From the NCBI RefSeq assembly GCF_009914755.1, contig NC_060933.1: a DNA stretch of 64,000 nt. One strand, written 5' to 3'. The DNA is from the human T2T-CHM13v2.0 reference genome, Homo sapiens. This document shows positions 16,811-30,579 of this stretch, in pieces (the stretch's first letter is position 1; the number at the start of each line of letters is the position of its first letter). The notes beneath the pieces were generated by a model that saw nothing but the letters and a program-made list of their open reading frames with translations, ran no database searches and was not told the origin of the DNA. A program made the position numbers and the translations under genes.

Positions 16811-17663
16811 TTAGGGACCCCCTCTTTCCTTGGCCAGTGATTCCTCATTGCATCACTCCACCCTCTGCTTCCATTGTCACATCTACTGCTGAATCCAGTC
16901 TTCCAGCCCCGGTTTCCTAAGGACCTCTGTGGTTACACTGGGCCTACCCGGATAAGAGAGAATGATCCTCTTTTCTCAAAATAATTAACTTAATCCCATT
17001 TGCAAGTTTTTAAAGATCTTGCCACTTTACTCAGCTATCTTAGTTATAACAGTTTCTGAGTTGATTGCCTTGGATTTTCCACATAGATACCATCTTCCTC
17101 AAATAACAATAACATAACCTTTTTGCTTTCAAAATTCATATCTCCCATATCTTTTTGCCTAATTGTTTTTTCAACATTCTTTTTTGATTTAAAAATGTTA
17201 AATGCTAAAATGCTGCAAACATACAGAAAAAACACAGCTATCAAACAATAACCATGAACAAAACGTATAAAGATTTGACATTAATTTTCCCATATTTCAC
17301 TTTGAACACTTAAAAAAAATTCTAGAATGCAACCAAAACCTACTCTTGCTTATTTTTCTCCAGAGAACTTGTATGCATCATTCCAATGCATATTTATATT
17401 ATTTTATGCTTTTAGAAATTTTCCCTGAAAGGTCATATTTGCTAGTTGATTTCACCCATCTATGTTGGTTGATGTGCTCCATTTATTTTAATTACTGTGT
17501 AATAGAATAGCCCATTATACAAACAAGCCACAATTTCCTTATCCATTTCCCAGTTGAAGGACTGTAAGCTATTTCCACATTATTGCTATTGTAACATTTA
17601 ATGACCACCTATATAGATGTCTTGTCCTGTGCATATACAAGAGTCTCTCAAAAGTACATACAT

Positions 17664-18062
17664 GACTGGATAAAGAAAATGTGGTACTTATACACCATGG
17701 AATACAATGCAGCCATAAAAAAAATCATATCCTTTGCGCAACATGGATGCAGCTGGAGGCCATTACCCTAAGCAAATTAACACAGGAACAAAACCCCAAA
17801 TACCTCATGTTCTCACTTATAAGTGGGAATAAAACACTGAGTACACATGGACATAAAGAAGGGAACAACAGACACCAGGGCCTACGGGAGGACTGAAGGT
17901 AGGAGGAGGGTGAGGATTAAAAAACTACCTATTGGGTACTATGCTCATTACCTAGGTGACAAAGTAATCTGTACACCAAACCCCCACGGCACACAATTTA
18001 CCCATGTCACAAACCTGTACATGTACCTCCGAACCTAAAATGAAAGTTGGAAGGGGAAAAAA
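17664..18062 (+). mobile_element. L1PA15/16-type 3' end
   Basis: ggataaagaaaatgtggtac...atgttctcacttataagtggga...aaacctgtacatgtacc, then an A tail. Confidence 0.88.
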
Positions 18063-19273
18063 GTATCCACTTGGATGTGGTGTCATAGAGTCTTGAAATC
18101 TTTCATTGATCTGAGTCTCAAAAGTGCTTGAAACAATTTGTACTTCACTAACAATATCTGAGTTAAAGTGCTTCCCTACAGCTGTGCCAGAATTTGGTGT
18201 TTGGGTGCTTTAAAATATTTGCCAATCTGATAGGTGCTGCGCTACAGTTTTAGTTCGCATCTTATGAATTCCTCGTGAGCTTCCACATCCTTTGGAATAT
18301 TTCTCGTCATTGGGGCTCCCCTTGTGTAACTGCCTGTTCATCTCTCTATTCTGATGCTTTTTCCAACTTCTGTAGTTAATTCATTTTATATCTTTTTCCT
18401 TTTCTATGTATGCATTAAGTGTAAAATTTTCCTTCCACTCTTCTTTAGCCATCCAATTAATTAATCTTCACATCATTAGTCAGACCCAAATATTGTGTAA
18501 TATATCTTATGACATTTTTCTTTTAGCTATGAGTTATTTAAAGTGTGCTTTAATTGCACTGTTGTCACAGAACATGGTCTGTGTGATCACAATTCTTTGA
18601 AGCCACTGAGATATGCTCCGCAGAGTCGGCTTCCTGAAGATGGTCCACATATGCGTAGTAAGAATGTGCTTATTCTACATTCATGGCAGAGTTTTAAGTG
18701 CCCATTTGATCAAGCTTGTTGATTTTGTTTTTCATATTTTTAATATGTTTATCTACTAGATTCAAAGACTTTGCATTTGTCAAATAGCTTTTAGTAATTC
18801 TGTCAAGTTGAGTTGATATATGGGAAATGATGGGGCTGGATGCATTCCCAACTTCAGTTTTATTACATCATTTGGTCCATACATCACTAAGCAACAATTC
18901 TGCCTAGAAAATCATTTTATCTGATATTATTATAGCCATCCTCAGGGAACCTTTGGTTAACATAGCCCTACTTTTATCTTTTTAATATCTTTATCATTTT
19001 TATGATTCTGTATTAGATATAACTCTTATAAGTGGCATATAATTTTACATTTTGAGTCTACATTTTTAACTGATGAGTTTTATTTTTAATATTTCCATTG
19101 CCTTTTATTTTTTCTTTCCTATCTTCTATTGGATTTTTAAATGCTCCATTTTTCCCCTCTGCTTATTTGAAAGTTATACATAAGTGGCTAGCTTAACTAC
19201 TTTTTATAGGCTTACCTAATTTAGCAAAGTCCCCCAATTACAAAAGACTTTAAATGCTATGAGCTATAATCAC

Positions 19274-19275
<2 letters not shown>

Positions 19276-19306
<31 letters not shown>

Positions 19307-19313
19307 ACACACA
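19276..19313. repeat. (CA)n microsatellite
   Basis: Direct reading. Confidence 0.95.
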
Positions 19314-21607
19314 TTGAACTGCTTCCTACTGCTTAGATACACTCTGATTTTAAGCCTCCAATTATTGTTATTTTTACTGTCAGAGTATTTTGAGATCTAC
19401 CAACTTCTTTCCTCACCAACACATCCTGCATCTCACTCCTTCCTCTTAGGTTCAATTGAGCTCATCCTGAATAACATTCATTCTTTGGGTAAAGGACTAA
19501 GGCTGCAAACACTCTTAGTCTTGGTCTGAAAACATCCATGACTTTCACACGTGAATGATAGTTTCGTTGGGTATAGAATTTGAGGCAATACTGTCCTCTG
19601 GCTTCTATGGTGACTGTTGGAAGTCCTGCAGTTCTTGTTCCCTTTGCAAGTATTCTGAACTTTCCCCTTCTTAGGCTATTTTCAATATTTTTCCTTTGTC
19701 TTTGCCATTCCAAATTGTCTATCATTAATAGTAAATTTATTTTTATTTTAGCCTCCTCAGGTCTCAGTGCTCTTCCTCAAATCTGAAGATTTGTGCTTTC
19801 TGTCAATTCTATAAAACCTCTATCAGTATTTCATAAAATATTAAATATCCTTCTAGGTATATGCTGGTTTTCCTCATATGATAATTCCACTGTGCTCTCT
19901 CCCTATTTTTAATACTCCTTACCCTTTTTGTCTTTAGCTGTGTGCATCTACCCTGTAACATACCCATCAAGTTTCTCATTTCATGGACTATATCTTTCTT
20001 TTCTAGAAGGTCTGTTTGGTTCCTTTTCAAATCCACCACTGCTTTTTCTTCTATGTGGTTTCTGTTTCCTCCTTTCATCTTTAATCCTTCTGGCTTCATT
20101 GTTTACTAGCTTGCCACTCATCCTGGGCCTCGACAAGTGTGCTGTGTAATTTTTTTATTGTAAGGCTGGTTTTTCTGAGGGAATCCCTTGAGGACTGGGT
20201 TCCCTTGACAGGCAGTGCCAAGTTTTATCTTAACTTTTTGGCTTGGAATTTCCTATAGCATGCTGGTAATGTAAATCTGGCTTCCAGAGATGCCAGTCCC
20301 AACTGATTTCTCATGGGAGAGCCTTCTGTGTTTCCCATCTGGAGCCAGGGTGGAGGAAATCTCTCATCTGACCTCCAGGGGCTGACCCTGTGGCAATGTG
20401 CTCATCCCTCTTCTCCAGGACTGCAGCTCGCAGGTCTCCTAGCTTCACAGGTAAGCTTGTCAACAAAGCTTTGGTTCTGTAGAGCCCATGGGTTCCCTCG
20501 TGGCTTGGTGTGGAAACCCAAGGCTCTTGATGAAACTGGACCTAGCAGAATCGTTTCTATATTAGAGATGATATTTCATAGGCCTTATATCAGGGTGCAA
20601 AAAATGCACATTCCTTTATTTTCCTAAAACCAAGCTAGATTTTTCTCCTAGTCCCTCATTTCTCCTGATTAGAAGAAACTTAGTACATCCAATTCCAAGT
20701 GAAATCAGTAACTTTAGGTTTCTTATTTCATTTACTCTCCATCAGGATTTCCCTATCCCTGCATATTCTCAAGTGTAGCATTTATGTTCCCGAGCCTATT
20801 CTGACATTAAAGCCCTGCAGGATTTGCTGTGTCCACGTCTTGGTGCCCTCTCTGCTCTGTGGCCCACAGACACGTCCACATGTGTGCCACGGCCATGTGG
20901 TGACACCACTTTTCACTGTTGGTGAGCTCATGTTACAACTCCATGACGCCTTCAGAATTCGGCCCTTGGTCTCAGATAAACTCTTTTTGAGGACCTAGGA
21001 AAATTGGGCTGTTCTCCAAAGCTGCAAACGTAGTGGGCTACCTCAAGTGGCTTCTGCTGCGGCAGCCCAGGGCTGTCACTTATAATTCTGCTTCCTTTCC
21101 ATTCCTGGCTCCTGGGCATTTCTCCACCTCCCTTGCACATTCATATAAGCATTTGCATCTTTTACTAGTATTTTATTGAGCACTCATATGTAATTTATGT
21201 GGGAGGGCTGCCAAATGAGTCTGGTCCACCATTTTCAACGTCATCGATTCTCTAGGGGCCAAACATGAAAGCGGGAAAGAAAGCTCTCTAGAGATTAAGC
21301 ACAATATTTCTTTCTCCATTGGTGTTTAATTTATAGCCAGTCATTTAGCCTCTCTTGGCTTCATTTCCTTTATGTGCAAAATACGGGGTTTGTATTAACC
21401 ATTTTCTAAGCTCTCCTCCAACTCACAAAAACATTCCTTTGTAGCTGCCCTAAACCTCTCCAGAAACAATTTGCCAGGCCAAAAGGAGCCAGGCATGGCT
21501 GACTGAGGTTTCGGCTCACTTGGATTTGGGCAGCACTCACACTCCATAGCGTTACACAGAACAGAAGTCTTCCCTTTTAATTGAACCAAAAAACTTCCCC
21601 TTTCTAA

Positions 21608-22091
<484 letters not shown>

Positions 22092-22564
22092 ACTTACGAT
22101 TTTTAAATCCAGCCAATCATCCAAGTATTCACCAACTTGGTCAAATTACTTAGGCATTGAGGATCTGCTTTTACCAGGTCACACTGATCAGTCCAGGAAG
22201 ATCAAGAAAACTTTACATATTAGAGATCATGAGGTCATGGCGCTTTGATTAGCGGGAAATAAAACAAATTTCCTGGAAGGGCACATGGAATGGAAATCCT
22301 GAGAGCTGCAGGAAGGACATAAAGCTGCTCCTCCCAAGGGAAGATACTTCCAGGTTAATAAATCCGTTGCGGGTGTGGAACAGTGGCCACTCCACTCGGG
22401 CTTTCCCACTGAGCTGTTGAGTGGTGCATGCAGCCAGCTGCAGAAAACCAGGGGCAGTGTCAGGAAGGATGGGAGTCAGATAAAACGGGGAAAACTAGAA
22501 GCATGGGGACTTGCGAGATGAAGAAAACCACCTAAGAGTGTTTGTACCTTTGAAGAAACTGAGA

Positions 22565-22995
22565 GTATGGTGGGGTGACCCGTGTCCCCCAGCCACTCAT
22601 GCTGAAGTCCTCATCCCCGCAACCCGTGAGTGTAACTTTATTTGGAAACAGGGTCACTGCAGATGTAACGAAGTTAAGAGGAGTCCTACTTGATTAGAGA
22701 GGGCCCTAATCCAACAACACTGTCCTTACAGGAAGAGGGAATTTCAGACACGGACCTAGAGGGAAGAAAGAGCAGAGATGGAGTGATGCCGCCACAGCCA
22801 CAGAGCACCATGGGCACCAAGGGTTGCCAGCAATGCCTGGAGCTCAGACCGAAGCATGGCACAGACTGTCCCCAGAGCCTTCAGAAGGAACCGACTCTGC
22901 CAACAAACCTTGATTTCAGACTTCCGGTCTCCAGAGCTGAGAGAAAACATTCTGATGTCTTAAGGCACCTCGTCTTGAAGTCCTTTGCTATGACA
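22565..22995 (+). mobile_element. MaLR solo LTR (MLT1C-like)
   Basis: gtgtaactttatttggaaacagggtc...gggccctaatccaa...ccttgatttcagacttccggtctccagagctg. Confidence 0.78.
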
Positions 22996-25900
22996 AAGGT
23001 CCTCATCCTTTGCTAGGGTAGAGGAATTGAAGAAGAAAGAAGAACGGCTGTAGAAGGAAGGAGACAGCCCAAGAAACTAAAGTTAAGACCTACACACAGG
23101 TGACATCCACACCCACCCAAAGAGACAGAGACATGGGTGTGTGCACACCCTGGGGACAGACAGAGACAGACAGGTGGTGGCACAGCCCTTTGCAGTATGG
23201 TCTCAAATCCAGCAAGCTCAGGAAGAATCACTGCTGTCCGTGTGTGTCACCCGCAGGAGGAAGAACAATAGCCACTGACAATACCAGTCAGATGAGGGAA
23301 ACGGCCGCCCACCATAGGGACGCCACCCCGCTGGGCGCAGGTTGTCAGAACGCTACCCCTGGGAGAAAGACAGGGGCTGATCGAGGACTGCAGGGAAGGT
23401 TCGGAGGCAGAAATCAGCCTCATCGATGGCAGGAAGCCGCTGTGGGTCTCCAGACAGTCCAGACAGTCTCAGGTGCCCGGCCCAAACTCTGCCCCGAATA
23501 ACCAACGGTGCACACTTTGAAACCTCCTATTTGTGGGGTAGAGTTTTCTTCCAAGACCATTCAGTGGCTCCAGATCCAGACAACCCAATAGGCATTGCAG
23601 ACTCACAGCCAATAGGAGGATAAAGGGTCCCCTACTTGGATCAAAGGTGCCTCGAACATGGCCTTCAGCCTCCAGAGTGGTGCAACGCTCACAACCTGGA
23701 CATCTCATGTTTGTTTTGTCCAATGGATGTTAGAAAACGTCTTAGGGAAAGGTTTGCTTGGGATTGCGTGGCTGTGGGCCGGGCGGAGGCAGACAAGACT
23801 GGCAGGGGCTGAACTGGCTGCTGACTTGGAACCTAAGAATGACCTGCCTGGAAGCTTCCCTCCACCAAGTCCTAGTGCTCGACAGCTGCTCCCTCCCCAT
23901 GTCATCCTGGAGCTTCTCTTTGCGCCCACAAAATGTACCCCTAGCAATCCCCAGCCCAGGGTGGATGTGGATGTGGACACTGGACACTGGGCTCAGTGCA
24001 AGCCTCCCGTGTCCTCGTAAAAGGAGTTTCTAGCTCCAGCCGACACCCGCAGGGCTGAGATGCCCCACAATGAGCATGGAGCCCACCCTGGCCTCCTTGG
24101 TGGCAGCCTGGTCCTCTCCCTACCTGTGCCCCTTAAGCATATCAGCACCTTCAGAGCTGTCCTGGGGGTTCCCTGAGCACGCAGGGCATGTGGGACACCA
24201 CCCCCCACTCCTGCCCTTGGCTACATAACAGCTGAAGTGGCCAGAATGAAACCCGAGTCTGACCCTGCGTGCCCACCGTGAGACTGGGTGTCATAGCCTT
24301 GCTGCTCTGAGCGGGACTCTACGTTCCCTTCCTCTCCCACGCCCGCCTCCTGCCTGGAGCATCCTGAGCTGTGGGGCCTTTGCCAGCCATTGCCCCTACG
24401 TCCTCTCTCAGTGGGGCTCAGCCTCTCGACCACCCCAACTGTGACAGCCAGCACCGCTCACTCCCGTCCCGGCCCCGCCTCCCTCCAGTACCTTCATGAT
24501 CTGAGGTCCTCCTGTGGTTCCCACACTTGCTTCTCCCATTTAGAAAGACACTCAGAGAGCCCGGAGGGGCAGAGACCACGCCGCCTCATACTGGGACGTT
24601 TTCAGAGACTCTGAGCGCCCAGCATGCTGTGGGCTTCGGTAAATACTTGCTGAATGCAAGAAGCCTCAGTTCAGGGGCCACATCCTCCCAGAAACCCCCC
24701 GTGCCCATCCGAGTACCGCCTTGGACATCCAGACCACCAGCAGTTCCATGTGCATTTCTGCTGCACCGTACTCTTCACGTTATTTTCTCTTTATTGTTCT
24801 ATGTGTCTAGACCCTGTACTTTCTCTCTTTGCAGGGAAATTATTAAGGAATAACAGAGCAGTCTGCTGCAGGGGGATGCCCTCATGGTGGCCCTGGGGAC
24901 TGCACCACGCTCCCCTGTGCATCCTTATTTGTGCCTGAGTACCCCTTGTGGGTATCTGGTAAACCTAAGCGTCACCTCTGTGTTCAATCTTTATGTTCTC
25001 AAGATGAAAAGAATTCTGAGGACAGGCTACAATCACCTGGCAGGAGGACATTCCTCATAATCTTTACCCTGGCTCGCCTGCTGGCGGTCAGCACGGGGGC
25101 CCACCCCAGCCTCACTCGGTATGGGCGGGGGCAGGGTGCCTCTCACATTCTGGTCTGGGCACCTGGAGCACACCCACTCCAGGGAGTGTCTTCCGTATTC
25201 TAAGGAAACAACAAGCCCAGGCACAACAACGTTATTGCCTCCTGGAACCAGGCGTGCACCCAGCAGCTGACACACAACTGCCATCTCTGTGCACGCTCAG
25301 AACAACTAACATTCATCATGCCCAGTCTGTAGATTCAGAAACTGGAGCCTGAAAAGTAACTTTCTGTGGGGTCCCTGGCCAGAGGAGACACACCTAGCAG
25401 AGTTGCATGGCACATCCTGATGCTGAGCCCAAGTTGTGAATAACAAGCCTGACAGACTTTATGCTGACTATGTTTGCAGGGATGATCCCATTTTCATTTG
25501 TACCCTTTTAGCCTTGGAGACCCTCACTCTATGTTAAACCTAACAAACTATCATACGTACACACAGGCACGCATGCCAGGAGTTCCAGAATAAACCAGAA
25601 GCACACACAATAATTCGGCCGATATGACCTACATGAACTGGGAAACTGATGCTTGGTAAACAGAGACCAATAGGCATGGTCTCCATGTCAGCTCAGGGAG
25701 CTCTGCTGACTGCTTTGTTTTCTCTTTCCAAGGAAATTTTAGTTCAGCACCACAGCCTGACATGGCACAAATAGCAGGGAACAGCCTAGTAACCCAGGCA
25801 CTGGTTTCACTACCCTGTTATTTAGAATCCACTTGAGATCACCTATAATTGCAACACAACCTCATATGGGCAAAGTCAGGAATCCCCCTGCTGGCTGCAG

Positions 25901-26402
25901 TGTGGACGAGGAGCAGCTCTTCTCTGAAGTCGAGAGACACAGCTCGCCGGGTCTATTTTGGCTGAGCCAGAACAGGAGGCCAGCAGACGGGCGAGCCCAC
26001 ATCACCCCGCCCCAGCCTTCAGAAATTATCCACTTCCCACAAACATTCCAAAGTACTGATCTTTCAAAACACAAGCTGTATTCCATGTGCATTTAAAACA
26101 CAGTCTTGGAACGAAAGAGCATGTGGTTTCTAGGTCAGATATAAGCCTCTGTAAGTAACAGAATGATAATTCTAAAGCATGTATGTGTGTATGTCTCCTG
26201 GACGTCTAATGTAACAACGAAGACAAAGCTCTGTTAAATATTCACTCACATGTTAACCCGGTTATAACCAAGTCCTACAGTCGCCTGCAGTCTTAAACAA
26301 TGACAGTACTTTGGCATATGAAAACTGAAGGCAAACTTTTCATCTGTAAATCACAACATCCTTAGTGCTCATTTTCTCTATATAGGCTTTTTGCTCTGAG
26401 AA

Positions 26403-26456
26403 TCTCTCTCTCTGTCTCTCTCTCTCTCTCCTCTCTCTCTTCTCTCTCTCTCTCTC
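26403..26456. repeat. (TC)n polypyrimidine microsatellite
   Basis: Direct reading. Confidence 0.93.
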
Positions 26457-28201
26457 GATACCATCTACCAAATATAAGCTTCATGCCAAATACTGACCCA
26501 GGACATCTGAACAAAAACACATTTTCCAGCTAATTCTTAGATTCGCTTTTGCTTGGCCAAAGGTAAAGCTGTCATATCACTGATGAACTGGTCCACAGGC
26601 CAATGTCACCTGCCAGTGATTTTGCAGATGTTTATACATCATGACTGATGATTGGGTTAAATAAATAGCTAATATAGTACATTCAGCTATGATTATACAT
26701 GTGATTAGGCCAAATGTGGCCAAGCGTGACATTCCCAGAAGCTCTATGAGCAAAAACGTGCAGGAAGAATGAGTCTGGCTTTGCCAGGCCGACTCCTTCT
26801 ATTACTAATCATATAAGGAAGGGGCCAGGAGTAGAAGGACGGGTGGAGTGAGTCTCCATTTGTGCAGGAGCAAGAACTCAAAAGGAAGTAAAATCACACT
26901 ACAGGACCAGATAATTCATGAGCAAGGGAAAGATTGGGGCCCCTACCCTGAGACTTCTGGGGGGCAGTTCACTACAGATCCTGTCCCGCTAAGAGTGCTG
27001 ATGATCCACCAATCATCACGATGGTGATGCTAACAAATGGCGCCAGCATCAGCTACTGTTTCTAGGTGCTTGCAGTGAACTGAGCAAGCCCTTTCATCCC
27101 GCCTATGCTGGGGGTGCTCCCATCTTGAAACTGTGCTGAGAGCAGTGCCATGCCCAAGGCCCTGACCCCAGGGGGAAGGGTGAAGCCACCATTTATCCAG
27201 GCCCATCCTCTTGCAAACCCAGGCTCAGAACTGTGATACTATACTACTCTATCCTGCTACTGCAAAGAAAGGCAGCCCGGCCTTCTGTGGTTCTTTGCTT
27301 TCTTTTTGTACTACCCTTTCATAAACATGCATGTATGTACAGATGTGCCCACTTGACGGGCCACCTTTAGCGTCCGTGTTTCTGTGCTCTGGACAGGTCC
27401 GAGGCAAACTTCCAAACTCTGTAATCAATCAACTCCTTTCGGTCATGGGAACGCACTGAACACACATGGTTTTTAAACCATTCACTTGTGGGTTAACAAC
27501 AACAACAAAAAAGTCAAGAGATTATCAAATCCCAACAAACAAAAAGCACGGTAGAAAGCATTCTATTCTACGCTTGAGAAGTTGCTCCACTCCCAGAAAT
27601 GGAACTGAGAGAATCCTACCTTAGAGCACTGAATTTGACTTATAAATGCCAGGAGCTTGCAGCATCCAGGGAATAAAATTTTCTGTCAAATTTCATCTGA
27701 TGGTCATTTTTTCACCTTGATAAGCAAATGCATCTTCCTAAGTGCATCATGAATATGCAGCTGTTTCTGCCTCGCAGGGTTATTTGTGATCACTCCACTT
27801 AAAGAACAGCTCCCATCCCACATGCAGTCCCAGGGCCCCTGCAGCCCTCTGCTCCAGAAGCCTTGGCACAGCCCCGCCCCAGGCCCACAAGGAAGCCCCC
27901 GGGTGAGAGGTTTGCAGCGCATCTGAAACAAAGGACTGCAATACATTTTCCCAAGGAAATATCAGAGTCTATGGAATGACTCAAGTTGGATTCTCGGCCG
28001 TTAATATGGCCTGTCTGCTTCTCATCACTCGCCCCCTCCCCCTCAACTGCATCCTCTGCTTCTCCTCAAACCGTGCTTCACAGCTGCCGTGTGATTTTTT
28101 CACAGAGTAAATCAAACTGCACCACCCCCGACACCAGACGCCCTCAACAACCGACAATCAAACACAAATTCCAGGACCTAAAGTGCTGTGCAGGGCGTAG
28201 C

Positions 28202-28370
28202 CCAGGGCTGCCCCATGAACTTTCCGTGATACTGGAACGTTTTAGATTTGTGCTACCCATTGTGGGAGCCTCTTGCCAAACTGAAATGTAGCTAGTACAA
28301 CCAAGGAACTGAAATCGTAATTTTATTTATTCTAACTGACTTGAATTTCAAGAGCCTTCCAGCTGCCCTA
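28202..28370. mobile_element. MER3/MER33-like hAT MITE fragment within L2-like sequence
   Basis: gaactttccgtgatactggaac...aaatgtagctagtacaaccaaggaactgaa...ttttatttatt. Confidence 0.55.
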
Positions 28371-29105
28371 TTGAGATTCATGGGTTCAACCCCGGCTGAC
28401 TCTGACCTCCACCTTGCCCCAGCCCATAAGCCAGGCATCTCCCCTGCGGTACCACCATGACACCAAGTCCCGCTTGACCCAGGGCCCCCACTGGGCTTCG
28501 CACACACTTCCCTCTCGTTTTCACTTGGCCAGTGTCCACTCTTCAGATCTCAGCACAACCATCTGTGCCCAGATCAAGAGATGTGTTCCTCTTCTACCCT
28601 CCCAAAACCTGATCTCTTCCTTTAGGCCACTTGGCCACAACTCAGAATTTTATCATGACCTGACAGCTTGCCTTTCCCCAGACCTGTAAAATCCACACAG
28701 CAGAGAGCACAGTTCAGCCAACACGTCCTAGGATCTTGCGCAGAGCCAGCTATGGGGACAATCAGTAAGTATCTGTGGTCTGTCTGCACTGTGGGTTAAG
28801 TCAGGCTTTTGAGAAAGAAGTTGAGAATCTAACCAACAAAAACTATTTTTCTTCCTAAGGAAATGTGGTCCCCAAGGCCAGTGTACTAAACAAGCTTTCA
28901 GAGCATGCGTTTACTACATTTAACATCCTACAGAGGATGGAATCCTCTTAAGCCTCCAAGCACCAGGCACCAGCCTCACTGCCACCCTGCATGCTGGGCA
29001 GAGCTCCACCTGCTCTTGGTTTTAAACAACTGACCTCCATGAGGAAGCTGTGCAGAGCCACTCTGTAGATTGGACAGAAATAAAGTGGCTGTTCTGGCAG
29101 TTGAT

Positions 29106-29900
29106 TGTTATGGACTGAGCAGTGGTGCCCCCCAAACCCATAAGTTGAAGCTCTATCCCTCAATGTGATGATATTTGCAGGTGAGGCCTTTGGAAGGTAA
29201 TTAGGATTAGATGAGGTCATGATGGGGGTGTTATGAAAACACCGGGATTCGGTCTAGGTCCTCCTGCTCCCCAAACAGAAAGCCAATCACTGAAACAACA
29301 AGCAGTGCCAAGGAAAAGGATTTTAATCGGCTTTAATCAGGTGCTGCAGCCAAGGAGATGAGAACTCAGTCTCAAATCCATCTCCCCAATGGACTAAAAT
29401 TTGGGGTTTATACATCAGAGAAGAAATGTAACTATGTGTGAGAAAACAGGAACTAGGGAGGGGTAAGGAAGCAGACATGATGAAGGAGGGCCTGGAGAAG
29501 CATGATTCGATACTTTTTTGAGGGGTCTGGGCATCCTTTTCCTGAAGAAGGAAGTCAAGATAAAACAAATGTAAGTTTCAAACTTTAAGACCAGAAGGGT
29601 CAATTTCTCTGTTTATCCCAAAGAACCGCCTATAGGACTATTGGGTCGGTTTCAGCGGGGCCTCCATGACAGGAATAGTGTCCTTATGAGAAGAGAATCA
29701 AACAGACCTCTGTCTCTCCACCGTAAGAGGACACAGCAAGGCGGCAGCTGCCTGCAAGCCAGGAGGAGGGTCCTCTCCAGAACCCAACTGTGCTGGCACC
29801 TTGATCTTGGACCTCCAGCCTCCAGAACTAGGAAGTGTGTGTGTTGTTTCAGCTTCCTGGTCTGTGGTGCTTGCTAAGGCAGCCTGAGCTGACTGAGACA
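29106..29900 (+). mobile_element. MaLR LTR (MLT1A-like) interrupted by a LOR1-like LTR
   Basis: tgttatggactga...ggtaattaggattagatgaggtcat | ggcctccatgacaggaatagtgtccttat...gcagcctgagctgactgagaca. Confidence 0.8.
29229..29654 (-). mobile_element. ERV1 solo LTR (LOR1-like), copy B, sense to ROR2
   Basis: Plus-strand termini tgtta...ggtttca; reverse complement of 15906-16810; minus-strand TATAAA 29412-29407 and two ATTAAA. Confidence 0.75.
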
Positions 29901-30312
29901 GGCTATCTGTGGCTATGGGGTAACACTATATGCATTAGCAAACACGTCAGTTCCTCAAGCCACAGGTCTGCATCCGGGGGAAACTTGTTCTATTGACCCT
30001 ACAAATCTATGGTGCATTCCTGCAAGGTGTGCCAAGTGAGCATGGCTCTGACCACAGGCCCAGGGGAAGAACTGAAGCCACAAGACAGAATTCCAGGTGG
30101 CTGGGAGGAGGAGGGCCGTCCATCTGCCCACTGAGACGTACACACACCTCTGGAGTCACATGCAACAGGAATCCAGCTCCTAAGGCTCCGCTCAGGCCCT
30201 TTCCCCATCTGCCAGGCCGCCATCTGTCCACCCATGCCTCCCTGCGTGTCACCTCCCACCTGTGGCCCCAACAGGCCCTCAATGCCCTCCAAGTCAAGAA
30301 ACACAGGAATCA

Positions 30313-30579
<267 letters not shown>

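Larger units (their letters stand above)
15728..17010 (-). mobile_element. MaLR LTR (MLT1-type) split by nested insertions
   Basis: tgtactaatttcctgtggctgctgtgacaagttaccacaaac on the left; ggttacactgggcctacccggataa...aacttaatcccatttgcaag on the right. Confidence 0.7.
17020..20200 (-). mobile_element. Highly degraded ancient L1 (L1ME/L1M5-type) fragments; also 15480-15720
   Basis: T-rich antisense L1-like motifs (ccttggattttccacatag, ttatccatttcccagttgaagg, gggtatagaattt). Confidence 0.55.

Noticed and set aside
23638-23647. TCF/LEF-like site GGATCAAAGG (and a CRE palindrome at 62461-62470)
   Set aside because: Isolated short motifs are expected by chance and cannot be called regulatory from sequence alone.
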